Of a DNA stretch of 64,000 bases, positions 49,555 through 58,868 are shown one piece after another (the first letter of the stretch is position 1; the number at the start of each line of letters is the position of its first letter). Below the pieces are notes generated by a model. The model did not search any database, was not told the origin of the DNA, and saw only the letters and a program-made list of their open reading frames with translations. A program made the position numbers and the translations under genes. Location of the stretch: NCBI GenBank assembly GCA_903846015.1, contig CAIMZS010000460.1, positions 40 to 64,039 of the forward strand, written 5' to 3'. The DNA is from an uncultured Anaerolineae bacterium (GTDB lineage Bacteria > Chloroflexota > Anaerolineae > Anaerolineales > Villigracilaceae).

Positions 49555-50532
49555 TTAGCTCACCAAATGACAGGCCACTTCGTGGCCTGGACTTACCTCG
49601 CGGAATTCAGGCTGAGAATCGGCGCAAAAATCCTTGGCTACCGGGCAGCGTGTGCGGAAGCGACAACCGGAAGGAGGATTAACCGGCGACGGAACATCCC
49701 CTTCGAGAATTACTCTTTTGCGCTTTTCTTCTATGATGGGGTCAGAAACCGGTACTGCCGAGAGCAAAGCCTGGGTATAAGGGTGCAGGGGATTGTTATA
49801 CAATGTCTGGCGGTCAGCCAGTTCCACAATAATTCCCAGATACATCACCGCCACGCGATCGCTGATATGGCGTACCATGGATAAATCGTGGGCAATAAAC
49901 AGGTACGTCAGATTGAATTCTTTCTGCAAATCCTCCAGCAGGTTTACCACCTGAGCCTGGATGGAAACATCCAGGGCAGAGATCGGCTCATCGCACACAA
50001 TAAACGAAGGCTGAAGCGCTAAAGCGCGGGCAATCCCAATGCGCTGGCGCTGCCCGCCAGAGAATTCGTGTGGATAACGCACAGAAAAAGACGGATTCAA
50101 ACGCACCAGTTCCAATAGTTGCCCCACGCGTTCGCGCATTTCTTCTTTTGACATGGCGTTGTGCACCAGCAAAGGTTCGCCAATGATCTCTCCGACCGTC
50201 ATACGAGGATTAAGACTTGCATACGGATCTTGAAAGATCATCTGCACTTTGCGGCGCATTTTCCGCAGGTCTTCACCCTTCAGAGCGACCAGATCGGTGC
50301 CATCATAATAAACATGTCCGGAAGTGGGCCGGTAGAGTTGCAAAACAGAGCGCCCGGTGGTGGATTTTCCACATCCAGATTCGCCCACCAGCCCCAGGGT
50401 CTCACCACGCATTATATTAAAAGAAACGTCATCCACCGCATGAACAGCCCCAACCTGGCGCTGCAAGAACCCGCGGTAAATGGGGAAGTGCTTGACAAGG
50501 TGTTCAACGCGAACCAGTACATCAGGGATCAT
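49555..50532 (-). CDS. Peptide-type ABC ATP-binding protein (OppF-like), second copy
   Basis: [17 protein letters not shown] and FIVCDEP. The start at 50532 gives [12 protein letters not shown] and overlaps the upstream stop by 4 nt. Confidence 0.9.
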   Translation of the reverse strand: MIPDVLVRVEHLVKHFPIYRGFLQRQVGAVHAVDDVSFNIMRGETLGLVGESGCGKSTTGRSVLQLYRPTSGHVYYDGTDLVALKGEDLRKMRRKVQMIFQDPYASLNPRMTVGEIIGEPLLVHNAMSKEEMRERVGQLLELVRLNPSFSVRYPHEFSGGQRQRIGIARALALQPSFIVCDEPISALDVSIQAQVVNLLEDLQKEFNLTYLFIAHDLSMVRHISDRVAVMYLGIIVELADRQTLYNNPLHPYTQALLSAVPVSDPIIEEKRKRVILEGDVPSPVNPPSGCRFRTRCPVAKDFCADSQPEFREVSPGHEVACHLVS

Positions 50533-51521
50533 GCGTAAGTTCTCCCACTCTTTACATCTACCCAACAAGCAACTCTATGTTCAGGCGTCACATCTTCAAG
50601 AACCGGATTCTCACTCCAACAGCGTTCAATAACCCACTTACAGCGCGGGGCAAAAGGACACTCGCTTGGCTTTTGAAACAACATAGGGGGCAAACCATCA
50701 ATAGAAAATAAACGCTGCTTCTCATCAAAATCAATGCGGGGCAGGCTGCCCAAAAGACCTATGGTATAGGGATGCCGTGGGTTGGCATACAAATCATGCA
50801 CTTCAGATTCTTCGATGATAAACCCGCCATACATCACAATCACGCGCTGAGCCAGCCCAGCCACAATACCAAGATCGTGAGTGATCCAAATGACAGACAT
50901 CCCAATCTCATCGCGCAGACGCTTGACCAGTTCGACGATCTGGGCCTGAATGGTCACATCCAGCGCGGTGGTTGGTTCATCCGCAATCAGGATTTGGGGA
51001 CCGCAAGCCAGAGCCATCGCTATCATTACACGCTGGCGCATACCGCCTGAAAATTGATGGGGGTAATCATTGAGGCGATCTTTGGCATTTGGGATGCCGA
51101 CCATTTCGAGCAGTTCAACCCCTCGTTTGCGAGCTTGCTCCCTATTCATCATCAGATGAAGTTCCAGCGGTTCAGTCAACTGCCGCCCAATCGTCAAGAC
51201 CGGGTTCAAAGATGTCATCGGATCCTGAAAGATCATGCTGATGCGGGCACCGCGGACATGCCGAATTTCATCCTTGGACATCGTTAGCAAGTCAATTCCA
51301 CGATACAAGGCTTTTCCAGCCGTTATTTTTCCAGGAGGAGTAGCGATAAGGCGCAGAATGGACAACATGGTCACACTCTTGCCGCAACCACTTTCCCCTA
51401 CAACCCCCAGAGTTTCTCCCTCTTTTAGTTTAAACGAAACTCCGTTTACCGCATGAACAATTCCTTCAGGAGTTTTGAACTGCGTCTCAAGCCCTTGAAC
51501 ATCCAGTATCAATTCGGGCAT
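50529..51521 (-). CDS. Peptide-type ABC ATP-binding protein (OppD-like), second copy
   Basis: [17 protein letters not shown] and [12 protein letters not shown]. The start at 51521 gives [11 protein letters not shown]. The longer ORF runs into a repeat element. Confidence 0.9.
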   Translation of the reverse strand: MPELILDVQGLETQFKTPEGIVHAVNGVSFKLKEGETLGVVGESGCGKSVTMLSILRLIATPPGKITAGKALYRGIDLLTMSKDEIRHVRGARISMIFQDPMTSLNPVLTIGRQLTEPLELHLMMNREQARKRGVELLEMVGIPNAKDRLNDYPHQFSGGMRQRVMIAMALACGPQILIADEPTTALDVTIQAQIVELVKRLRDEIGMSVIWITHDLGIVAGLAQRVIVMYGGFIIEESEVHDLYANPRHPYTIGLLGSLPRIDFDEKQRLFSIDGLPPMLFQKPSECPFAPRCKWVIERCWSENPVLEDVTPEHRVACWVDVKSGRTYA

Positions 51522-51545
51522 CTGCGTTTCCTTTGTTTTGCCAAC

Positions 51546-51595
51546 GATATCCCGGCCACAGTCCCGGTTTCTGCAGCGGGCACGGGGTTGCAATT
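51546..51595. repeat. Degenerate copy of the short repeat (A/A'-like)
   Basis: gatatcccggccacagtcccggtttctgcagcgggcacgggg. The reverse complement contains GTGCCCGCTGCAGAAACCGGG, which resembles the A' core. Confidence 0.4.
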
Positions 51596-51782
51596 ACCCT
51601 TGCATAAGCAGCATAATTAGCGTAACCTGTTACCCGGGACCATATTTTACCGCAGTTCAACAAATTCATTGAGTTTTATGGGTTCTCTTATCTGCGCGCC
51701 TGTAAAAGATTACTGTAAATAAGACCTTTCGAGCCAACATCTCAGATCAGCACTGAAATTCCCAGGCGCAGTCCTGGTCTAT

Positions 51783-51819
51783 GCGATAGTCCCGCGATAG
51801 TGCCGGTTCTAGCACAGCC
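51783..51819. repeat. Short dispersed repeat, family A (reverse orientation)
   Basis: gcgatagtcccgcgatagtgccggttctagcacagcc. The reverse complement contains GTGCTAGAACCGGCACTATCGC. Confidence 0.75.
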
Positions 51820-52015
51820 ACTGCTACAAGGCGAAGGAATCGAAAATATGTGTTCACCCAATCCAAACCTATTTTCTACGAAATTCTGCACCACACCCTC
51901 GGCTTGGGCTTTACCCACTCTTAAAAAAGTGCTATGCTATGATTGGTTTTACATCATCCCGGCACAGACCGGGACCGTCCCTTTCTGAATCTCTCTATTA
52001 CTTGGCTAAAAATTC

Positions 52016-54580
52016 ATGGATAGCAAAACCCTGCACGTACTCGAATATCCCAAAATATTGGAACGCCTTGCCTCCAATTGTGACTTCTCCGCATCGGCAG
52101 CGCTGGCGCGTTCTCTCGAACCCACCACATCCTATGATACCGCCCTGCTGCGCCTGCAAGAGACAACCGAAGCACGCCGGTTGATCACTGCCCAGGATGT
52201 CAGCATTGGTGGGGCTCGTGATGTGCGCGAAAAAGTGGAACTGGCCCGGCGCGGCGGCGTGCTCGAAACAGTTGATCTGTTGGACATAAAATACACCCTC
52301 ATTTCGTGCCGTGAGCTTAAGCGCACACTGCTTGGAAAAGGAATGGACTCAGAAATTCAGCCAGAAGGCGCGACCCCATCCCGGCAGCCGAGTATCCCGA
52401 GGCAAAACCAGCTGCGGAAACAAGCCCGACAGCTCCGCGATGGCTCTGTGCCGCACCCGAATCATCCCTACCCGCGCATGGCCGAACTGGCCCTGGCGCT
52501 GCCCGTACCGCCCGGCGTCGTGGATGCCATTTCCCGCACCATCTCAGATAAAGGCGAAGTACTCGACTCGGCTTCACCCCGGTTAGGCGCCATCCGCGCC
52601 GAGATTCGCGTTGCACGCGAACGCCTGATGAGCCGCCTGCAGCGCTACCTGGGCGACAGCAAGACATCCCCAATGCTGCAAGACACCATCATCACCCAAC
52701 GAGATGGGCGCTACGTCATCCCACTGCGCGCCGAGTTCAAAGGCCAGATCAAGTCAATCGTTCACGACCAATCATCCAGCGGCGCAACACTCTTCATTGA
52801 ACCAATCGCTGTAGTTGAATTAAACAATAAAATGCGTGAAGTGGAATTAGCCGAACGTGACGAGATTCGCCGGGTTTTGGCTGAAGTTTCGGCCCAGGTT
52901 GGCCTGCAGGCCGAAGCTATCGTCACCGGTGTTGATGCCCTGGCAGCCATCGACCTGGCCTTTGCCAAAGCCAAATTTGCCGAAGACATCCATGCATCCG
53001 AACCAATCCTGCACAAACAATCCGCATTGATACGCCTCTTCAAAGCCCGCCACCCGCTGATCGACCCAACCATGGTGGTCCCCAATGACATCGATCTGGC
53101 ACCGGGTACACGCGCCGTTGTCATCACCGGGCCAAACACCGGCGGCAAGACCGTTTCGCTTAAGACCGTCGGTCTGCTGGTGGTCATGGCCCAAAGCGGT
53201 TTGCACATCCCCGCCCAGAGTGGCTCCGAATTATCCATGTTCCATGATATCTTCGCCGATATTGGTGATGAGCAATCCATTGAGCAATCACTCAGCACGT
53301 TCAGCGGTCATATCACCAACATCATCCGCATCCTGAAGAAGATCGACGCCCGTTCACTGGTCATTCTCGATGAACTGGGCGCCGGCACCGACCCACAAGA
53401 GGGCGCAGCCCTGGCGCGCGCCATCCTCAGCCACCTGCTTGAACGCGGGTTGACTACCTTTGTAGCCACACATTACCCCGAACTTAAAGCTTTTGCCCAC
53501 AGCGCCGAAGGCGTGGTCAACGCCTCGCTCGAATTTGACGTTGCCACCCTGCGGCCCACCTACCGCCTGACCATCGGCCTGCCGGGACGTTCCAATGCCC
53601 TGGCCATCGCCGCCAGACTGGGCCTGCCCGAAGCCATCATTGCCGATGCTCGTAACGAGGTCAACCCCGATGAATTGCGCGCCGACCGCCTGCTGGATGA
53701 TATCCGTAAAGAACGCAACCGCTCCAGCCGTGAACGTGAAAAAGCCGAAAAAGCCCGCCAGCGCATTGATGATCTCAGCAGCGAATTAGCCGCACATCTC
53801 GAAAAAATCGAAGACGAGCGCCTCGAAGTGATCGCCAGAGCCAAGGCTGAGGCCGAGCTCGAAGTAGAAGTGCTCAAACGCAATATTGGACGGCTCAAAA
53901 CCGAGTTGAAAAAGCTGCGCCAACCGCTCGAAGCCATTGAGAGACTGGAGATCAAAGCGGAAGCAATCGAGGAAAAAGCCCTGGCGCCCGTTGAGCGCCA
54001 GATTCCCGCAAAGGCAGCCAACCCAAAACCTCTCCCAAAACCCATCAGCGGACCGCTCAAGCTGGGCGAGAAAGTCATCGTTCGCAGCCTTGGCAGCGAA
54101 GGCATTGTCACTGCTCTGGGCGAAGGTGATGCCGAAGTACAGGTTGGCAGTTTGCGCATCCGTGCCCGCTTCGGCGAGATCCAGCGTAAATCTGACGCCG
54201 ATGAAAGCTGGCCTGGCATAGGCATCGGAAAAACAGATGAACCGGGCTTGACCGGACGCACCCGCCGCATTAAACAAATGGCAGAAAATATGCCATCGTC
54301 CACATCTTCATCCTATATCGGGATCGCCACACCCAGTATGGAACTTGACTTACGCGGGCAGCGCGCCGAAGACGCCCTGTTGATGCTGGATAATTACCTG
54401 GACAAGGCCTACCTGGCAGGCATGCCCTTTGTGCGTATCATCCATGGCAAAGGGACAGGTAAGCTGCGCCAGGAAGTGCGCGCAGTACTCAAAGATCATG
54501 CCCAGGTATCATCCTTCGAAGAAGGTCTTCCCGGCGAAGGTGGTGACGGCGTCACCGTTGCCAAAATTGTTAAAGATTAA
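52016..54580 (+). CDS. mutS2: Endonuclease MutS2 (MutS domain V ATPase plus C-terminal Smr domain)
   Basis: Walker A GPNTGGKTVSLKT, DELGAGTDP, a long coiled coil, and the Smr domain LDLRGQRAEDAL...IIHGKGTGKLR. Confidence 0.95.
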   Translation: MDSKTLHVLEYPKILERLASNCDFSASAALARSLEPTTSYDTALLRLQETTEARRLITAQDVSIGGARDVREKVELARRGGVLETVDLLDIKYTLISCRELKRTLLGKGMDSEIQPEGATPSRQPSIPRQNQLRKQARQLRDGSVPHPNHPYPRMAELALALPVPPGVVDAISRTISDKGEVLDSASPRLGAIRAEIRVARERLMSRLQRYLGDSKTSPMLQDTIITQRDGRYVIPLRAEFKGQIKSIVHDQSSSGATLFIEPIAVVELNNKMREVELAERDEIRRVLAEVSAQVGLQAEAIVTGVDALAAIDLAFAKAKFAEDIHASEPILHKQSALIRLFKARHPLIDPTMVVPNDIDLAPGTRAVVITGPNTGGKTVSLKTVGLLVVMAQSGLHIPAQSGSELSMFHDIFADIGDEQSIEQSLSTFSGHITNIIRILKKIDARSLVILDELGAGTDPQEGAALARAILSHLLERGLTTFVATHYPELKAFAHSAEGVVNASLEFDVATLRPTYRLTIGLPGRSNALAIAARLGLPEAIIADARNEVNPDELRADRLLDDIRKERNRSSREREKAEKARQRIDDLSSELAAHLEKIEDERLEVIARAKAEAELEVEVLKRNIGRLKTELKKLRQPLEAIERLEIKAEAIEEKALAPVERQIPAKAANPKPLPKPISGPLKLGEKVIVRSLGSEGIVTALGEGDAEVQVGSLRIRARFGEIQRKSDADESWPGIGIGKTDEPGLTGRTRRIKQMAENMPSSTSSSYIGIATPSMELDLRGQRAEDALLMLDNYLDKAYLAGMPFVRIIHGKGTGKLRQEVRAVLKDHAQVSSFEEGLPGEGGDGVTVAKIVKD

Positions 54581-54624
54581 TCCCGGTTTTTGTAATAGTC
54601 AGCAATAGCGTGAACAAAATTCTT

Positions 54625-54662
54625 AAAAAAGTAGCACGGCGGTAAATCGCCGTGCTACTTTT
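54625..54662. terminator. Bidirectional hairpin terminator after mutS2 (member of a repeated hairpin family)
   Basis: AAAAAA-GTAGCACGGCG-GTAAAT-CGCCGTGCTAC-TTTT has an 11-bp perfect stem. Confidence 0.65.
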
Positions 54663-54789
54663 AATCCTGACCACCACCGAACGCAAATCAGGCAAGTCTC
54701 ATATCAATCCGCTTTGCTGCTTCGAATAGGTTGGCGGTACCCTTATTGTTGCATCCAACGGTGGAACAGATTCGCACCCGGCCTGGTAT

Positions 54790-55254
54790 TTAAGGTTTAT
54801 ATCTGTGCCACTGCCTGGCAAACTTCAAAATCTGGCTGCGGATATAAAACATGTCTGGGTCTGCAATTGGGCGCTGTTTTTTGATCAACTTCATCGCAGC
54901 ATCCGCGCCATATCCCTGGGCAATCAAGATCGCCGCCCCCATCGCCACGCTGCGATGACGCCCCTTCGCGCAGTGCGAATATACTTTTCCACCTTTGCGA
55001 ATGACATCCAATGCGGTGTGTGTGCCTTCAATCAGCTTTTGGATCGGGATCAAGATGATTGGCGAATCAAAAGTCCGCAGCCACAAAAACTCCAATACTT
55101 CCGACCTGCGGTTTTCCGCAATGTCAGGGTGCGGCCCACGCATTAAACGCATATTGATCACCAGGCGCACCCCCAACTCTCGCAGCCGAACATAATCCAC
55201 TGCTTCAGGCGTGGTACCGATAAACAAATCGTCCGTAATTTGCGAAAAGTCCAT
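54790..55254 (-). CDS. Dual-specificity (Cys-based) protein phosphatase
   Basis: The active-site P-loop VYSHCAKGRHRS (HCx5R[S/T]). Confidence 0.8.
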   Translation of the reverse strand: MDFSQITDDLFIGTTPEAVDYVRLRELGVRLVINMRLMRGPHPDIAENRRSEVLEFLWLRTFDSPIILIPIQKLIEGTHTALDVIRKGGKVYSHCAKGRHRSVAMGAAILIAQGYGADAAMKLIKKQRPIADPDMFYIRSQILKFARQWHRYKP

Positions 55255-55277
55255 CCGTAAATTTTACTCCATTCCTG

Positions 55278-55330
55278 CGGCCGTGCTAGCGATAGTCCCC
55301 GGCTCCCGCACGGGGCACCGGCACTATAAG
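55278..55330. repeat. Short dispersed repeat, family A (hairpin form)
   Basis: gcggccgtgctagcgatagtccccggctcccgcacggggcaccggcactataag aligns with 58666-58713. Confidence 0.75.
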
Positions 55331-55331
55331 A

Positions 55332-55368
55332 CGAGATTGCCACGCCGCAAAGAACGCGGCTCGCAATC
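55332..55368. repeat. Short repeat, family B (ATTGCCACGYCGC...GAACGC...TCGCAAT), intergenic copy
   Basis: cgagattgccacgccgcaaagaacgcggctcgcaatc has the internal hairpin GCCGC/GCGGC and outer arms GATTGC/GCAATC. The same family occurs at 60045-60082 and 60659-60700. Confidence 0.6.
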
Positions 55369-55398
55369 TGAATCGGGTAGTATGCCAGGAATGGGAAT

Positions 55399-57084
55399 CT
55401 AACTTTTGGTGGCGGCAATCCACTCGTCCACACGCATTTCAAGCACATCCAGCGGAACGGCCCCGGCCAGCAGCACCACATCATGGAACTCCCGCACATC
55501 AAAACGCTGGCCGAGTACTTTTTCGGCGCGAGCCCGCAGTTCGCGGATCTTCAGCTCCCCCATTTTATAAGCCAGGGCCTGCCCGGGCCAGGCAATATAA
55601 CGGTCCACTTCATTAGTGATATTGAGCAGTGTTGAGGATGTATTTGCAGCCATGAAATCGATCGCCCTCTGACGTGACCAACCCAGGGCATGCAACCCCG
55701 TATCAACCACCAGGCGACATGCGCGCCACATTTCATAACTCAATCGACCAAAATTGCTGTACGGATCAGAATAAAAACCCATCTCCAGACCCAGGCGCTC
55801 GGCATATAACGCCCAGCCTTCTTCAAAAACCGTAAAACCGCTGAAACGGCGGAAATTCGGCAATTCAGTCAATTCCTGCTGCAGCGCAATTTGCAGATGA
55901 TGACCAGGAACCGCCTCATGCAGCGACAGGGCCTCTATCTCATATAATGGGCGGCTTTTTAGATCGTAGGTATTTACATAATAGAAACCAGCTTTGGTGC
56001 CGTCCCCTGTTCCCGGCATGTAATACGCCGTGGTTTGGCCTGGGGCGCTGAAGTCCGGCACAGATCGCAGCCCATATGGCAAGCGTGGCAGAGTTTTAAA
56101 TAACCGCGGCAGCTCACCGTCCACACGCTTCATCAGATAAGCTGTCTCCTTCAACAAAGCTTCAGGCGTATCCACATAAAAACGAGGGTCGCGCAGCAGA
56201 AATTCGACAAAAGCTTGGAAATCACCATGAAAACCAGTCTGGCGAATAACATCATTCATTTCTGCGCGAATACGCCTGACCTCATTTTGTCCTATCTCAT
56301 GCACAGCTTCTGCGGAAATATCAATAGTGGTGAAATAACGAATACGGCTTTGATAAAAAGCGCGCCCATCGGGCAAGTCGGCGGCAGCAATACTATTTCT
56401 AGCGCCAGGCAGATATTCATCTTCCAAAAAACGCACAAGCCCTGCATAAGCCGGAATGACCGAACCGCGAATAGCTTGATGGGCGGCATCGATCAAGCGT
56501 TCCTGGTCAACACCACCAACCGCTGCCGGAAAATCACTGAAAGGCTGGAAAAACACACTCTGCGCTGGATCATCCACACAATGCGCGGATAGGGATTCCA
56601 TCACCCCGCTCAGTGTGACGTGTGCTGGAATAAAACCGGCTTTCAAGCCAGCGCGCATGATATCTATGCTTTGTTCAAAATATTGAGATACGGCTGCCAG
56701 GCGGGCCAGGTAATTCTCGTAATCCTGGACCGTATCGAATGGGGACAGCAGATGCAGATCTGGAAAAAAGATATGAAAACCACCCGCCTTGGAAATGGGA
56801 AGGAAATGCGCCTTGTAATCCAGCTCAGCAATCTCGCTATCCAGCCTGCGCGCGAAGATATCATAATTCAGACGTTCGTCCTTGCTCAAAATGCTTCGAT
56901 CAAGGGCCGCCAGGCGGGTGCGAAAACCACGTAACTGGATCAGCCATGCCTGATAATGCGACTCATCTGCTCCTGGCAAGCGATCATTAAAACGCGAGTC
57001 GCCACAAGCCGTGGCAAAAATTGGATCCCAGCGCATCAACGCGTCCCAGTGATCCGCGAGCAATTGAGCTAATGGTGAGTTCAT
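55399..57084 (-). CDS. DUF885-family protein (putative metallopeptidase-like)
   Basis: The HEAVPGHHLQ motif and a typical DUF885 length. The start at 57084 gives MNSPLAQLLADHW. The 54 extra N-terminal codons of the long ORF are translated repeat elements. Confidence 0.85.
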   Translation of the reverse strand: MNSPLAQLLADHWDALMRWDPIFATACGDSRFNDRLPGADESHYQAWLIQLRGFRTRLAALDRSILSKDERLNYDIFARRLDSEIAELDYKAHFLPISKAGGFHIFFPDLHLLSPFDTVQDYENYLARLAAVSQYFEQSIDIMRAGLKAGFIPAHVTLSGVMESLSAHCVDDPAQSVFFQPFSDFPAAVGGVDQERLIDAAHQAIRGSVIPAYAGLVRFLEDEYLPGARNSIAAADLPDGRAFYQSRIRYFTTIDISAEAVHEIGQNEVRRIRAEMNDVIRQTGFHGDFQAFVEFLLRDPRFYVDTPEALLKETAYLMKRVDGELPRLFKTLPRLPYGLRSVPDFSAPGQTTAYYMPGTGDGTKAGFYYVNTYDLKSRPLYEIEALSLHEAVPGHHLQIALQQELTELPNFRRFSGFTVFEEGWALYAERLGLEMGFYSDPYSNFGRLSYEMWRACRLVVDTGLHALGWSRQRAIDFMAANTSSTLLNITNEVDRYIAWPGQALAYKMGELKIRELRARAEKVLGQRFDVREFHDVVLLAGAVPLDVLEMRVDEWIAATKS

Positions 57085-57096
57085 AATCCTCCAATT

Positions 57097-57180
57097 GCGA
57101 TAGTCCCGGTGCCAGCACGAGGCGATAGTCCCGGTGCCCCGTGGCCGTGCTAGAACGGGCACTATCGCGATAAATCGCTC
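57097..57180. repeat. Two adjacent family A repeat units
   Basis: gcgatagtcccggtgccagcacgag followed by gcgatagtcccggtgccccgtggccgtgctagaacgggcactatcgcgataaatcgc. Confidence 0.75.
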
Positions 57181-57384
57181 TACTATCTCAAGCAGGGGAA
57201 TTATACGATTATTAACGCTGCAAACTTTGCGACTTTGATGAAACAATCGCTTTGCGTGCGAGAAGCCGGGTTTATGTCTGCCTGCTTCCTGGCGAAACTA
57301 TTTTTATCACAATACCAGTCATCCCATGGAATGGTTCCGATCTCCACCTGGAGACACGGGCCCTGATGGAACAACCGCTTTGCG

Positions 57385-57418
57385 TGGCCCTGCTAGAACG
57401 GGCACTATCGCGATAAAC
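57385..57418. repeat. Short dispersed repeat, family A
   Basis: tggccctgctagaacgggcactatcgcgataaac. The preceding segment gatggaacaaccgctttgcgtg duplicates gatgaaacaatcgctttgcgtg at ~57236. Confidence 0.7.
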
Positions 57419-57582
57419 TGCTCATGATTTCCAAAATCAAAGGTAATTTATGGCTTGATCTTTACCGGGTTACAAGCCTTCTACTTCGTTTTTTTGTGTT
57501 AGACTTGCCAGATATTAATGGCTGGGCGGTGCCCGGCGATATTTCAGATGCTCCCCGTCTTTGTGCGGGAAGGAATAATCCT

Positions 57583-58638
57583 ATGCCTTATCGTGGACTT
57601 TTGGATAGATACGGCTCGCTGCTTAACCTGCCGGCCCACACTCGCCCCGTCACTCTCCTGGAGGGCAACACCCCGTTAATCCCCGCCGAAAATCTCTCCC
57701 GGCACCTGGGCGGCGGGTTTGATTTATTTGTTAAATTCGAGGGGCTGAACCCTACCGGCTCATTTAAAGATCGCGGAATGACCGCTGCCGTCAGCGAAGC
57801 GCTTGGGCGCGGCGCTAAAACCGTTATCTGCGCCAGTACAGGGAACACGGCTGCATCCGCAGCCGCCTATGCCTCACGCGCCGGGCTGAAATCAATCGTT
57901 CTGATCCCTCAAGGCAAAGTCGCTGCTGGAAAACTGGCTGGCGCCATCGCCTATGGCGCCCAGGTTGTCCAGATCGATGGCTCATTTGACGATGCCCTGA
58001 CTATGGTGGTGCAAATTTCGGACAAGCACCCTATCTGCCTGGTCAACTCGATTAACCCTTACCGCATCGAAGGACAAAAAACCGCGGCGTTTGAGATCTG
58101 TGATACGCTCGGCCGCGCGCCAGATTGGCTATGCCTGCCAGTTGGCAATGCCGGAAACATCACTGCTTACTGGGCTGGATTCAAACAATACGACGAACTA
58201 AATGCAACTGGCCTGCCCCAAATTTTGGGTGTACAGGCAGCCGGCGCAGCCCCATTGGTACTCGGTCATCCCGTTGAAAACCCCGAAACGGTGGCAACCG
58301 CCATCCGCATCGGCAAACCTGCGCGCGGCGAACAGGCCCTCGAAGCGGCCGAACAATCCAAAGGACGCATCATTGCCGTCAGCGACGACGAGATTCTTTC
58401 CATGCAAGCGCTGCTCGCCAGGCTCGAAGGCATCTGGGTCGAACCTGCTTCCGCAGCCGGGCTGGCCGGTTTGGCCCACGAAATCGCAGCTGGCAACTTT
58501 CACCCCGCCGGGAAACGCATTACAGCCATTTGTACCGGGCACGGCCTCAAAGATCCCGACATCATCATCAAGGGTATGACCAAACCCCAAATCGTCGCGC
58601 CAAATCTGGCTGCCCTTGAAGCCGTGCTTCTTGTCTGA
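57583..58638 (+). CDS. thrC: Threonine synthase
   Basis: MPYRGLLDRYG..., the PLP-lysine context NPTGSFKDRGM, and CASTGNT. A GGAAGGA Shine-Dalgarno sequence lies upstream of ATG 57583. Confidence 0.95.
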   Translation: MPYRGLLDRYGSLLNLPAHTRPVTLLEGNTPLIPAENLSRHLGGGFDLFVKFEGLNPTGSFKDRGMTAAVSEALGRGAKTVICASTGNTAASAAAYASRAGLKSIVLIPQGKVAAGKLAGAIAYGAQVVQIDGSFDDALTMVVQISDKHPICLVNSINPYRIEGQKTAAFEICDTLGRAPDWLCLPVGNAGNITAYWAGFKQYDELNATGLPQILGVQAAGAAPLVLGHPVENPETVATAIRIGKPARGEQALEAAEQSKGRIIAVSDDEILSMQALLARLEGIWVEPASAAGLAGLAHEIAAGNFHPAGKRITAICTGHGLKDPDIIIKGMTKPQIVAPNLAALEAVLLV

Positions 58639-58815
58639 ACCGCATCGTGCGGTGTCTGAACCGGCCCTGCTAGCGATAGTCCCGGCTCTCGCACGGGGCA
58701 CGGGCACTATCGCAGATTTACGCAGATTTAGATGATTACACAGATTAGAGCAGATTAGAGCAAGAGCAAGGTTAAAGACTATCTCGTGGCCGTGCTAAAT
58801 GATCCCGGTTCCCGA
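58632..58815. repeat. Mosaic of short repeat modules filling the thrC-thrB spacer
   Basis: The modules run in this order: GTCTGAACC-hairpin-GTCTGAACC; a family A hairpin; CGCAGATTTA x2; GATGATTACACAGATTAGAG plus CAGATTAGAG plus CAAGAGCAAG; and a degenerate family A end. It is collinear with 61531-61662. Confidence 0.8.
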
Positions 58816-58868
58816 ATCTGTACTTAACTCAGAATGATCTTGCAGTTCAGATTATCCAGGATGATTCC

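Noticed and set aside
52320-52480. Extra length in MutS2 (854 aa), with a Pro/Arg/Gln-rich segment (LLGKGMDSEIQPEGATPSRQPSIPRQNQLRKQARQLRDGSVPHPNHPYPRM) that might be another repeat-derived insert.
   Set aside because: The DNA here does not match any of the repeat families I identified, and MutS2 linker lengths vary naturally. The evidence is not sufficient.
57085-57246. The N-terminal 54 codons of the DUF885 ORF, and likewise 51522-51593 of the ABC ATPase ORF.
   Set aside because: These segments are translations of family A and A'-like repeat elements (for example ...PVLARPRGTGTIAS). Internal ATGs at 57084 and 51521 give family-typical N-termini.
57247-57582. A possible riboswitch or attenuator in the 336-nt leader upstream of thrC.
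   Set aside because: I could not recognise any known riboswitch core or a Thr/Ile-rich leader peptide. Much of the region is explained by repeat modules: a duplicated GATGRAACAAYCGCTTTGCGTG and a family A copy.
58712-58770. Short direct repeats (CGCAGATTTA x2, CAGATTAGAG x2, CAAGAG x2) that might suggest a CRISPR-like or minisatellite array.
   Set aside because: The units are only about 10 nt with no spacers of defined length, and no cas genes are present. The same block recurs at 61563-61610 as part of a mosaic repeat. I treat it as a repeat-element module, not a CRISPR array.
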